Positions 49,941-59,054 of a DNA stretch of 64,000 nt are shown here, one piece after another. Position 1 is the first letter of the stretch. Every line of letters starts with the position of its first letter. The position numbers were made by a program, and so were the translations under genes. Source of the DNA: Bdellovibrio sp. (GTDB lineage Bacteria > Bdellovibrionota > Bdellovibrionia > Bdellovibrionales > Bdellovibrionaceae); contig JAKFBS010000004.1 in NCBI GenBank assembly GCA_036677065.1, positions 448,001-512,000 on the forward strand, given 5' to 3'. The notes beneath the pieces are model-generated. The model worked only from the letters and a program-made list of their open reading frames with translations, was not told the origin of the DNA and did not search any database.

Positions 49941-50872
49941 TGAACTCATTAAAAACCACAGGCCTATTTTTTATTTTTATTTTTTTTGCTGGATTAAAAG
50001 TAAGTGCAGCAGCTTGTAGCGACATGCAACTTCGGCCTGTGGGTACAGCGTATCATTTTTCTTCAAGCCTGATTGTGAACCCATCTGTTTTAGTTACTGC
50101 CATTACCAAAGACGGTGGCTGCGATTTTTTCTTAACTGTTGGTTATGGCGTAGCCATGTCATATTTAACTCGCAGACTCGTTAACGGTGTCGTCGAATGG
50201 CCAGTAATAATCAGTAAAGACGCAGCTGGTAGCCATTATTTAAAAAAAATAGATTTGGCCAGCAGTTCTAATGACATTGTTACCGGAACCCTGCCTCCTG
50301 CAAATTACTCTGCTAGTGTTTGGGTCAATTTTTGGGCTCAACTTTTTTCTGCTTCTGGAAGAGCCGCTGGCAACTACTCGGATTCATTTGTGGTCACGCT
50401 TTATAAAGGAACATTAGCCAATCATACTCTAGTGGGATCATATACTCTGAGTTTATATATGAATGTTGCTAAAGAGGTCGATATTTCTATTGTACCAACC
50501 GGCAGTACTTTTAATATTGCGGATACAACTGAAGATATTAATTTTGGTGTCCTTGAACAAGGGGCAACTCGCACTGCAGATGTGATTTTAAAGTACAATG
50601 CGGGCTACAGACTTACAGCCTCATCGGCAAATAACAGTCGACTTAAACATGCCACGCAGAATACTTTTGTTCCTTACACGATTAATTTTGCTGGTTCAGC
50701 GGTGAATTTAACAAGCAGTGCAAATGCACCTGTGCAAATCAGGCAAGGCTCGGGTGTTTCTCCGGGCAGTGGATTAATCTTTCATACGGCTGTGACAATC
50801 GGAACACTCCCGGCCAATCAAACTAACGGGAGTTATACAGACACGATCACATTGACCGTGCAATCGCCATAA
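49937..50872 (+). CDS. Two-domain fimbrial tip adhesin (SCPU/Csu-like)
   Basis: Two pilin-like domains, each ending in a G.YSD/YTD strand (AGNYSDSF, GSYTDTITL); N-terminal Cys pair. Confidence 0.78.
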   Translation: MMNSLKTTGLFFIFIFFAGLKVSAAACSDMQLRPVGTAYHFSSSLIVNPSVLVTAITKDGGCDFFLTVGYGVAMSYLTRRLVNGVVEWPVIISKDAAGSHYLKKIDLASSSNDIVTGTLPPANYSASVWVNFWAQLFSASGRAAGNYSDSFVVTLYKGTLANHTLVGSYTLSLYMNVAKEVDISIVPTGSTFNIADTTEDINFGVLEQGATRTADVILKYNAGYRLTASSANNSRLKHATQNTFVPYTINFAGSAVNLTSSANAPVQIRQGSGVSPGSGLIFHTAVTIGTLPANQTNGSYTDTITLTVQSP

Positions 50873-50876
50873 TATG

Positions 50877-50907
50877 AGTTGGCCCTAAAATTGGCCAACT
50901 TGAAAAA
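50877..50907. terminator. Hairpin terminator between convergent adhesin and pilin genes
   Basis: AGTTGGCC-N8-GGCCAACT. Confidence 0.6.
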
Positions 50908-50922
50908 TAACCGAGAAAAAAA

Positions 50923-51405
50923 TTAATTAGCTACGATTGAAATCGTTAGTGTATCTTCGTAAGTTCCAGCTGGTGCTGTTGCAAACGCAGTAACATCGAC
51001 TGTAACAGCAGAGTTGTTTGTTGCTAAGCCAGATACTGAAGTTAAATTTTTCACCTCTAAAGGAGCCACTGTAGGGGCTACTGCTGCTGCGCCATCATAA
51101 CCGATTTGATACGATGTTTTTGCTGAAGCGTCTGACGTATTTACTAAAAATCCGCCTGAAGCTGAAGAGATATAGATTTTATAACCATTTAAGTTATTTG
51201 ATGTTTCAGCAACAGAAGCGACGTTTTTAGCTGATTCACCGGCTAATATATCTAATGTAGTGTTGTTAGGGCTGTTCGATGTTACGACAAGGTCATTAAC
51301 AACGGGAACTGTTCCAAGTAATAATAACGTGCCAGTCGACGCTGCGAAAGTTTGGGCGCTAAATGCTAATACGGCTAACGCCGTAACTAGTTTAGTTTTA
51401 TTCAT
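50923..51405 (-). CDS. Chaperone-usher major pilin subunit
   Basis: Signal peptide, TGTLLLLGTVP donor-strand-like segment, SNN.NGY, AGTYEDTLTISI; AAGGAG SD; biased codons. Confidence 0.8.
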   Translation of the reverse strand: MNKTKLVTALAVLAFSAQTFAASTGTLLLLGTVPVVNDLVVTSNSPNNTTLDILAGESAKNVASVAETSNNLNGYKIYISSASGGFLVNTSDASAKTSYQIGYDGAAAVAPTVAPLEVKNLTSVSGLATNNSAVTVDVTAFATAPAGTYEDTLTISIVAN

Positions 51406-51561
51406 TTTGAGAGCTCCTTAGTGTTCATGGAATTTCCATATGGTTAATGGCATTTAGCATTCCATGAATTGTGCCAAGCAATAAAGGGCCTCATATCGCT
51501 TTTACGATGTAGGTGAGAGAGCTCGACTGTTTAAGGGTTGTACATAGGAGTGAACTAATTT

Positions 51562-52398
51562 CTATAGGGATTTTGAATAAATTTGCTGAACAATTCGTAA
51601 ATTTTGTTTAGCTTCGACTGAATCTGGGTGAAGTTCGACAGCACTTTTTAAATAGTGAATCGATGTTTGATATTGTTTTAAATTGAAAAAAATATTTCCT
51701 AAACCGATGCGCGCAATTAGGCTTTGCGGCCAATGGCCGAGTATACCCAAGTAAGCATTCTTGGCATCTTCATATTTAGCTAACTTTTCTAAAGCTGCGG
51801 CAGCTTGCAATTGTGTGATTTCATTAGCGCTGACTGAAACTTCGCCAGGCGGTAATACCACGAGGGCCCAGTAGTTGGTTAACTTCCAGGATAATTCAAA
51901 TTCAGCCATATCGATAAATTGATTTGGTTGAGGGCCTGAATGCATGACTAAGGTTTTATTTTTTAAATTGTAACCCGTAACTAAAGCGTAATGCCACTGT
52001 GGTATCCAGCTGATGCCCAAGTTTTCAAAAACAATCACGACATTACCTGCTTCGAGTTCTTTTAGAAGTGAAGTAAAGCCTGTAATAGGAATTGCCAGAT
52101 AACCTTGGCGTCTGGCTGCTGAAATCATGCTTTCTTGTAAGCTGCCTTTGGTATTGGGTGAATAAACTTGCGAGGTGATTTCATCGATGTTGTGTGAATT
52201 ACCGGTGGCAGCAATGGCCATAGCTAATGTTGCTGGACCGCAGTGGCCAACATCTTGTTCAATATACGGAGCTATATTGTTGATACTGGGTTTAAAGCTA
52301 ACAGCTGAATTTGATAAAGCATCTGTTTGAACCGTCGAAGATGCGCAGCCCGCAAGGCAAGCTGCGCACCATAAAAGAATTAACTTAAAATTAATCAT
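51562..52398 (-). CDS. PA2778-family C39-like cysteine peptidase with TPR, lipoprotein
   Basis: LAGC lipobox, Q...HCGPATLAM, WHYALV.GY, C-terminal TPRs. Confidence 0.88.
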   Translation of the reverse strand: MINFKLILLWCAACLAGCASSTVQTDALSNSAVSFKPSINNIAPYIEQDVGHCGPATLAMAIAATGNSHNIDEITSQVYSPNTKGSLQESMISAARRQGYLAIPITGFTSLLKELEAGNVVIVFENLGISWIPQWHYALVTGYNLKNKTLVMHSGPQPNQFIDMAEFELSWKLTNYWALVVLPPGEVSVSANEITQLQAAAALEKLAKYEDAKNAYLGILGHWPQSLIARIGLGNIFFNLKQYQTSIHYLKSAVELHPDSVEAKQNLRIVQQIYSKSL

Positions 52399-52766
52399 AT
52401 GCGTTTTACTAAATAAATAATCAGAACAATTAATAAAACAGTGACTAAAATGTCTCCTCCGTATTGGGCCTTGTCTATTTGCTGCGAAAGGTTTTGCAAT
52501 TCGATATCTGATAATGAAGAAATTCTGGCTTTAGCTTCAGCTAAACTAACACCTTGGTCGACCAGCTGTTGTTCGATCTGTTGTTGATTTAAGTATGAGG
52601 CGACTTTTTCTTGTGTTGCTTTACGGTCATAATTGGCGAGCACATCAGCCGTTGAAATCATTTTGCTGGCTTGCACGGTTTCAGCAAAAACCACTTGTGG
52701 TAAATGCGAAAGCGACAGTGACAAAAAACCTGCTGTAAAAAAGCGAACGCGATTGTTGAATTTCAT
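52395..52766 (-). CDS. PA2779-family protein
   Basis: MIST...R...L.....QQL...GV...EA..RI.SLSD.EL; hydrophobic C-terminus; coupled to the PA2778-like gene. Confidence 0.85.
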   Translation of the reverse strand: MKFNNRVRFFTAGFLSLSLSHLPQVVFAETVQASKMISTADVLANYDRKATQEKVASYLNQQQIEQQLVDQGVSLAEAKARISSLSDIELQNLSQQIDKAQYGGDILVTVLLIVLIIYLVKRI

Positions 52767-52898
52767 AAGGACTCCTTGATACGTCTTAAATTATGCGAGC
52801 AATAGTTGATGTTTAGATCAAGCGGGTTTGAAGAAACTGCAATATGGTATTTTTGACGAACTTATGGTTAAATAATACTGTTTTAAAAGGAGATTTTT

Positions 52899-53420
52899 AT
52901 GAGCACTGATAGATTTACGCTTTGTCTTTGGTTTAACAATGAGGCCATCGATGCCGCCAAATTTTACACCTCGATTTTTAAAGACGGTAAAATCGGTAAG
53001 ACTCGCTATTATGGTAAAGAAGGTTTTGAATTTCACCAACAGCCTGAAGGTGCAGTGATGACCGTAGACTTTTTTTGCAATGGTTTGCATTTTCAGGCCT
53101 TAAATGGCGGTCCGCTCTTTAAATTCAACGAAGCCATGTCGTTAGTGATTACCTGCGATTCGCAAAAAGAAATCGATTATTACTGGGAAAAGCTTACGGG
53201 TAATGGCGGTAATGAAGTTCAGTGTGGCTGGCTTAAAGATAAATTTGGCCTTTCTTGGCAAGTTGTACCTAAGCAACTTGAAGAAATGATGGATAGTGAA
53301 AATAAAGCCGGAGCAGAGCGCGCCATGAATGCGATGTTCACTATGAAAAAATTTGATATTGAAAAACTTGAAGGTGCTTTTAACGATCACGAATCAACGA
53401 TCAAAACAGGCGAGCAATAA
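52899..53420 (+). CDS. PhnB/VOC family protein (3-demethylubiquinone MTase-like)
   Basis: CLWF...A..FY..IF, ALNGGP.FKFNEA.S, QCGWLKDKFGLSWQ. Confidence 0.92.
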   Translation: MSTDRFTLCLWFNNEAIDAAKFYTSIFKDGKIGKTRYYGKEGFEFHQQPEGAVMTVDFFCNGLHFQALNGGPLFKFNEAMSLVITCDSQKEIDYYWEKLTGNGGNEVQCGWLKDKFGLSWQVVPKQLEEMMDSENKAGAERAMNAMFTMKKFDIEKLEGAFNDHESTIKTGEQ

Positions 53421-53535
53421 AAAACGCAAAGCGTGAAATCAAGAAATGGTAAAGATGTCGCAGTAATTTGGGGCTAATTTACCGTCTCTTTTTTTTAAAT
53501 TCCGAATTTCACATCTTCATTTCATATTAGCCGAA

Positions 53536-55338
53536 ATGAAAAAAATATTACTTAGTTTTATATTCGTTCTTTTGTCATTAACTGTACATGCACAAAGCCG
53601 GTCGGTGAATGTCTTTCCGATCAAGTCATTGGCTATGCAAAATCTGGGTCCTTGCATTCAGATTTTCTATGATCAATCTAAAGATCCGAAATATTGGATG
53701 GGACGTACGTACTCTATATTTTTACAAAATCTATTGGCGCACTTTCCGAAATATCAACAAATTGCCGGGCCGATTGAGCAGTATCAAAAAGGTGATCTAG
53801 ACCGCTGTGCGGCCAGCTTTTACGTAGCTTCGTACTTTGAAAATAACATTCCAAAAGAGTTTTTCGAAGATTATGCAACAACCACCAAACCTGTGATGTG
53901 GATGGGCTATTCGATTTGGCTTCCGGGAGTAGATTATTTTAATGATATCTTTGGTTACTCGTACACTGGCTTAACTAAATTAAATACCGAGATTTTAGAC
54001 GCTAAGAAAAAGCCCACTTATTATAAGTTTGCTTCATATAAAGGTGAAACTTTTAGAAAATTCGGAGAGTTTAGCCGAACTGATCCCACCCAGTTTATGG
54101 CTCCTTTTGAAAATGTCATCTTAAGTAAAACCAGCGATAAACCCGACACTCAGATTATTTCAGAGCTTACTCATAATGCCACAAAAGAAAAAATCCCCTA
54201 TATTTTAAGAAATAAAAATCGTTTTTATGTCGCCGATGTGCCTTTCAGCTTTATGCATGAGGCTGATCGCTTTTTGATCGTAGCTGATTTGTTTTTTGAT
54301 GTTTTGAACGAAAAACCAATGCACAACGAAAGAATTGCTTTCATGCGCATTGAGGATGTGTCTCCGTTTATTTCACTGCCGTTTACTTATGATTTATTAA
54401 AAGTGCTTGAAGAGCAAAAAATCACGGCGAATGTGTCGATTGTTCCTGTGTTTGTTGATCCTATGCATTTTTATTCTACCGAAAAACCATTTTATACCAT
54501 GGAACAAACTCCAGGGTTCATGTCGCTGGTTGAAGACTTTAAACGTCTGGGCCATTCATTTATCTGGCATGGGGTCACCCATCAGTACGAAAGTTATCCA
54601 AATCCTTACAATGCCGTATCAACCGATGACTTTGAGTTCTGGGATGCTCCTAAAAATCGACCAGTTCCTAAAGACAGTGTGCAGTGGGTGCTTTCGCGTT
54701 TACATGACGGATTATATTCACTGAGCAAAGGATTTATTAAACCAACCTCTTGGCTTACGCCACATTACCAAGCTTCGGTTTTAGATTATTATATGTTTGG
54801 CCGTCTTTTTAGTTGGAATGTGGGCCGGGTTATTTACTTTGATCATTCAGCGCAAAACGTGCCGAATTACTCTCAAGACTTATTGATGGCTTCTGATAGC
54901 AGCAGTCATCAAAAGCGTATGCAGGCCTTTCAAAATTTAAAAGTGGAAACAACTGGTCCATGGAACGGGCAGATGTTTCCGTATTTGATTTACGGTGATG
55001 TTTACGGGCAAAGAATTATTCCAGAAAATTTAGGAAATTCGCAGCCTTTCAAAAGTGAACATGTCATTTGGCCGCGCACGATGGAAGACATCTTAGAAGA
55101 TGCGCGCCGTAATTTAGTCTTACGTGATGCATGGGCATCCATATTCTATCATCCAGCTCTTTTAGATAGTTTGCAAAATGGCGGGCGCGGGCAGTATCCG
55201 GGCGATCCTTCTGATTTTCGCCGCATTATTAAAGAATTTAAAGCCTTAGGTTATCGCTTCGTTAATGTCGACGAAGTGAACCGCCGCTGGCTTTTACCCA
55301 TTAGAAAAGAAACTTTAACTCTGGAAGGTACACGATGA
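53536..55338 (+). CDS. Secreted DUF2334 (CE4-like) polysaccharide deacetylase
   Basis: Signal peptide; RIEDVSP, HGVTHQ, TPHY, IIPENLGN, ASIFYHP. Confidence 0.85.
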   Translation: MKKILLSFIFVLLSLTVHAQSRSVNVFPIKSLAMQNLGPCIQIFYDQSKDPKYWMGRTYSIFLQNLLAHFPKYQQIAGPIEQYQKGDLDRCAASFYVASYFENNIPKEFFEDYATTTKPVMWMGYSIWLPGVDYFNDIFGYSYTGLTKLNTEILDAKKKPTYYKFASYKGETFRKFGEFSRTDPTQFMAPFENVILSKTSDKPDTQIISELTHNATKEKIPYILRNKNRFYVADVPFSFMHEADRFLIVADLFFDVLNEKPMHNERIAFMRIEDVSPFISLPFTYDLLKVLEEQKITANVSIVPVFVDPMHFYSTEKPFYTMEQTPGFMSLVEDFKRLGHSFIWHGVTHQYESYPNPYNAVSTDDFEFWDAPKNRPVPKDSVQWVLSRLHDGLYSLSKGFIKPTSWLTPHYQASVLDYYMFGRLFSWNVGRVIYFDHSAQNVPNYSQDLLMASDSSSHQKRMQAFQNLKVETTGPWNGQMFPYLIYGDVYGQRIIPENLGNSQPFKSEHVIWPRTMEDILEDARRNLVLRDAWASIFYHPALLDSLQNGGRGQYPGDPSDFRRIIKEFKALGYRFVNVDEVNRRWLLPIRKETLTLEGTR

Positions 55339-57077
55339 AATTTTTTGCTCTAATCCCACTCTTTTTGCTGGCAGCTACAAATGCTTTTGCTGCACTTAAT
55401 CTGGCCGAGCCAGAAGAATTACTAGAAAAAGCCCGTCAAAGCCGTATTGATTTGCGCGATGTGATTTTTGATATTGATAAAAATATTATCGAGTTTACCG
55501 AGCTTGAACATATTGAAAAATATGTTTTGATCCTTCCTGAATTACAAAAGTTATCGGATCAATTTAAATTAGATGACATGTATCCTAAAGCTGTTCATCG
55601 TTTAGGAGAATCGATTTTCAGTGCTTCGATCAAATGGCTTGATGTTCGATCAATAGCTAGTGAACGAATTTTAGAGTTTGCTCAATATGCTAACTTCGAT
55701 TTAGCTTTTCGTTATGCTGATTCAATTGCCGATGTCTTAAATAAAGAGCGCGATCAGGTAAAGCTTATGCGCGGGGCAAACACTGTTGAAGCCATTCGTG
55801 ACCTTTTTGTTGTGACTCTTCCAGATCAGCCGACATTAGAAGCAAATATGAGAAATATTCTTTCTGATCAGGCAAATATTCATTTAAGTAAGCCTGGTTT
55901 AACTGAAGAACAAACCTTGTTTTGGGTTGGTAAAATTTCTTCAGCACATGGGGTAACTACGTACCTTGAAGTGATCGACAATAGCATTGTCATTTTAAAG
56001 CGCGGTATGAACGATGAGGCCCATCATTTTGTAGAGTGTTTGGTTCAGTTAAAAGAAAGAATGTCGACTTTAGCTGACGAAATTCCGGGTTATCTTATTA
56101 CAAACGTCAGTGAAAAATTAAGCGAGCTTGTACAAAGAATGATTATTTTTGAAATCACTTTTAAAGCTAATGAATTCGAAAAGATTTTAACAATCATGAC
56201 TCCGAACAGTGTGCGCAGCCTTGCCAATTCAATTATGTCTCGTAATATGGTCATTTCACAAGCCTATGGTGATGAGTACATTCGCCTATCGCAAATCATT
56301 TTAACTAGTCTTCAAACATACGGATATGACTTTGAAGCTAAAGAGTTTGGTTTGTACATGCAACGCTCAATTTCGCCGATCATGATTGCGCGTTTTTCAG
56401 CTGAAGGTCACTTCAATATGAAAGACGATAAAGGAAAAAACTGGATTTTTTCTATAGTTCAGGTCAGACGCAATATGTATTACGCAGCTCTTGGCGATGA
56501 AGACCGTGTGATCTTTAAAAGTTTTTTTCATGTGACTTATGACTTTAGAAATAAAAAATTTCTGGCTTTCGAGCGCGGAACCGATGGGGATACACAACCT
56601 AATCAAGTCGTAAGTTTTGTGGTTAACCCAGATGGTACGATCAAGTTTGAAGATCTATATTCATTGCGTGATGTGAAAACTCTTAAAGGCAGAAAATCCA
56701 GCCTTATGCCGCTGTATAACGACTCTAATCCTGATACGGCTGGCATTAGTGGACGTTACAAAGGCCACATTAAAATCAAAGGTGGCTCAACGAGTAAGGC
56801 CGAAATTATTATCTCGGTGATGAATGGTTTTGTGTTAGGCCGACTAAATTTAGCTCATGAAGGAATGGTTTACGCCTCTATTGATTACAGTGTGGGAAGT
56901 GAGATCGTATCAGATCGCACAATCCATTTAACAACTGGAAAACTTGAATCGGGCACATGGAGCCATCTTCGCCTTGGATACTATGGCGATAAGGTGCGCG
57001 GTGTGATGATTCAGGGTGGGCGCGGAACCATCTCTGAAGAATTCGAATTAACTCGTGTAATAGAAGAAGGTAACTAG
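55335..57077 (+). CDS. Secreted hypothetical protein (helical N-terminus, beta-rich C-terminus)
   Basis: Signal peptide; overlaps both neighbours (ATGA, TAGTG). Confidence 0.8.
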   Translation: MKFFALIPLFLLAATNAFAALNLAEPEELLEKARQSRIDLRDVIFDIDKNIIEFTELEHIEKYVLILPELQKLSDQFKLDDMYPKAVHRLGESIFSASIKWLDVRSIASERILEFAQYANFDLAFRYADSIADVLNKERDQVKLMRGANTVEAIRDLFVVTLPDQPTLEANMRNILSDQANIHLSKPGLTEEQTLFWVGKISSAHGVTTYLEVIDNSIVILKRGMNDEAHHFVECLVQLKERMSTLADEIPGYLITNVSEKLSELVQRMIIFEITFKANEFEKILTIMTPNSVRSLANSIMSRNMVISQAYGDEYIRLSQIILTSLQTYGYDFEAKEFGLYMQRSISPIMIARFSAEGHFNMKDDKGKNWIFSIVQVRRNMYYAALGDEDRVIFKSFFHVTYDFRNKKFLAFERGTDGDTQPNQVVSFVVNPDGTIKFEDLYSLRDVKTLKGRKSSLMPLYNDSNPDTAGISGRYKGHIKIKGGSTSKAEIIISVMNGFVLGRLNLAHEGMVYASIDYSVGSEIVSDRTIHLTTGKLESGTWSHLRLGYYGDKVRGVMIQGGRGTISEEFELTRVIEEGN

Positions 57078-58351
57078 TGAAAAAGTTTTTTAAATACCTA
57101 TTAGTGATAGGATTATTTTTAGGAGTGCAGGCGCACGCAGATCTTACGAAGTTAAGCGGTGGCTTTAATCTGACCGAAACGGACGATTTTTTGTACGATG
57201 CGGCCACTGATGGCCCAAAAACCCATGCCCAAATTGCTGTCGACGATATTAAACGTCTTGGCGGAAAACACATCGAATTAAATGTGCGCGCCCGCATGAT
57301 CACCGGCACGGGCACAGAAATCGTACCCGTTACAAAACCGGCTGATCGCGCCAATGAAGCCAAACGCATGATCCGCTTAATGAAGTATATCAAAGAACAG
57401 GGCATGACGGTCGGAATTCGCCCGATCTTTTTTGTGGTCGGTCCTAACGGTGAATTTCCTTATCACCAGACAATGCCAGACGGTTCAAAAAAACACTGGT
57501 GGCATGGCAATATTCAACCCTCAGATCCTAATCGCTGGTTTGAAAGTTTTAGAACGTATTTAGATGTTTATATTACGATTGCCAACATCGGAAAAGCTGA
57601 TGAATTTACGGTGGGTGCCGAGCTTTACAGTATGACCGTGGGAATCGAAGATCAGTGGATGGCTCATCCGCACGGATTTCCGGGGCGTTGGATTTCTTTA
57701 TTACGTTATGTAAAATTGAAATTACCACGTGCGATGCTGATGTATGATATTAATTTTACCGATGATTCAAATATGGATTCAGGTTTTCAAAAATCCGGTG
57801 GTGAATTAGAAAGATGGCGTTACCGTTTAGTTGATTTAGCTGAACCTACTGACCCTGAAGAATATAAAATCTGGCAGGATTTGGTGCAGTTCTGGCGTGA
57901 ACTTGATGGGGTGGGTATCGATATGTACCGCAGTCTGGCCAGCGCAGATCAAGTGCCGCCAACGGATTACACCGAATTAGTGAATCTTCTGACTCAAAGA
58001 GCAGAATCATACGCCTCGCAGTTAGACACAACTTGGACTGAAATTTCTTTAATTACCGATTCAGAAAAAAAATTCTATTTCAAAGAAATCGGATATCGTT
58101 CGGTTGAAAATGGTTTTATTGATCCATTTACGTTCGCTGACAATGATCCGCGGGTAAACATCGCCCATCAGGCGGCGGCTTACGAAGCATTTTTACGAGC
58201 GTTCTGGGATGCCGGCTGGCCATGGGTTGGAGGTGTGTTCTTCTGGGATATTTCTGTTGATCCAAAGAAACATATGGGTAATGATTCTGGTTTCAGCCCG
58301 ATGAAAAAGAAGCAAACAGAAGAAGTCATTATAAAACGTTTTAAAAACTAG
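57077..58351 (+). CDS. Secreted GH113/GTA-TIM-barrel-like glycoside hydrolase (clan GH-A)
   Basis: Signal peptide; WHGNIQP, WF.S...Y, VGAEL (acid/base), GIDMY, FKEIGYRS (nucleophile), Q...Y, GVFFW. Confidence 0.82.
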   Translation: MKKFFKYLLVIGLFLGVQAHADLTKLSGGFNLTETDDFLYDAATDGPKTHAQIAVDDIKRLGGKHIELNVRARMITGTGTEIVPVTKPADRANEAKRMIRLMKYIKEQGMTVGIRPIFFVVGPNGEFPYHQTMPDGSKKHWWHGNIQPSDPNRWFESFRTYLDVYITIANIGKADEFTVGAELYSMTVGIEDQWMAHPHGFPGRWISLLRYVKLKLPRAMLMYDINFTDDSNMDSGFQKSGGELERWRYRLVDLAEPTDPEEYKIWQDLVQFWRELDGVGIDMYRSLASADQVPPTDYTELVNLLTQRAESYASQLDTTWTEISLITDSEKKFYFKEIGYRSVENGFIDPFTFADNDPRVNIAHQAAAYEAFLRAFWDAGWPWVGGVFFWDISVDPKKHMGNDSGFSPMKKKQTEEVIIKRFKN

Positions 58352-58360
58352 AGATCAATT

Positions 58361-59032
58361 TTGAATTTATTAAAAAGGCCTAATTCTAAAAAGTTAGGCT
58401 TTATTTTTTTTATGTTAACAGTGCTGTTGCACGCAGGCCCTGCAAGGTCTAAATGTCCTGAAGGCTATCGTGATATCTCGCTTAAAAAAAACAACTGGAT
58501 AAATCAATACCCCAACTCGGGTAAAGTCAGTTTTCAAGAAAAGAAAAACATGATTTCGATGACTCCAAAAACAGCGCTCGTTGCTGCAACTACGCACGCA
58601 AGCCTTGTGCTTTCAAAGTTTGATATTAAGTCAGAAAATTTCGATATTATCGTCGATTATAAAAACGAACGCGCCTTAAGAAAAAAAAATCCTAATCCTT
58701 GGGAAGTGTTTTGGCTGTTTTTTAATTATGTGCCGGGGCCACATCATACTAAAACTACAAACTACGTCATAGCCAAACCGAACGGCCTTGAAGTAGGGCG
58801 AGCCGCAAAAGAAATTGATCAAGCCTATGTGAAAACCAGCGAGCAGGTGTCGGCCAAATTTAATCAATGGCACCGCTTGCGCGTGCAAAAACAGGGTGGA
58901 ATCGTTAAATTTTACTTTGATGAGATTTATATTTTAGAAGTATCGACTTCGGTGCTTTTCACAGCCCATGGGCGAATCGGTCTCTATTCTGAAGATGCCG
59001 CTGTAACTGTCAAAAGAGTTTGCCTAAAATAA
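58361..59032 (+). CDS. Secreted DUF1080/concanavalin-like beta-sandwich protein
   Basis: Hydrophobic N-terminus; WHRLRV...FYFD, GRIGLY.ED. Confidence 0.65.
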   Translation: MNLLKRPNSKKLGFIFFMLTVLLHAGPARSKCPEGYRDISLKKNNWINQYPNSGKVSFQEKKNMISMTPKTALVAATTHASLVLSKFDIKSENFDIIVDYKNERALRKKNPNPWEVFWLFFNYVPGPHHTKTTNYVIAKPNGLEVGRAAKEIDQAYVKTSEQVSAKFNQWHRLRVQKQGGIVKFYFDEIYILEVSTSVLFTAHGRIGLYSEDAAVTVKRVCLK

Positions 59033-59054
59033 AAACTGCCAATATGCTTTATTT

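Noticed and set aside
56878..57405. 175-aa minus-strand ORF
   Set aside because: Spans two well-supported plus-strand genes in antisense and has no protein-like features.
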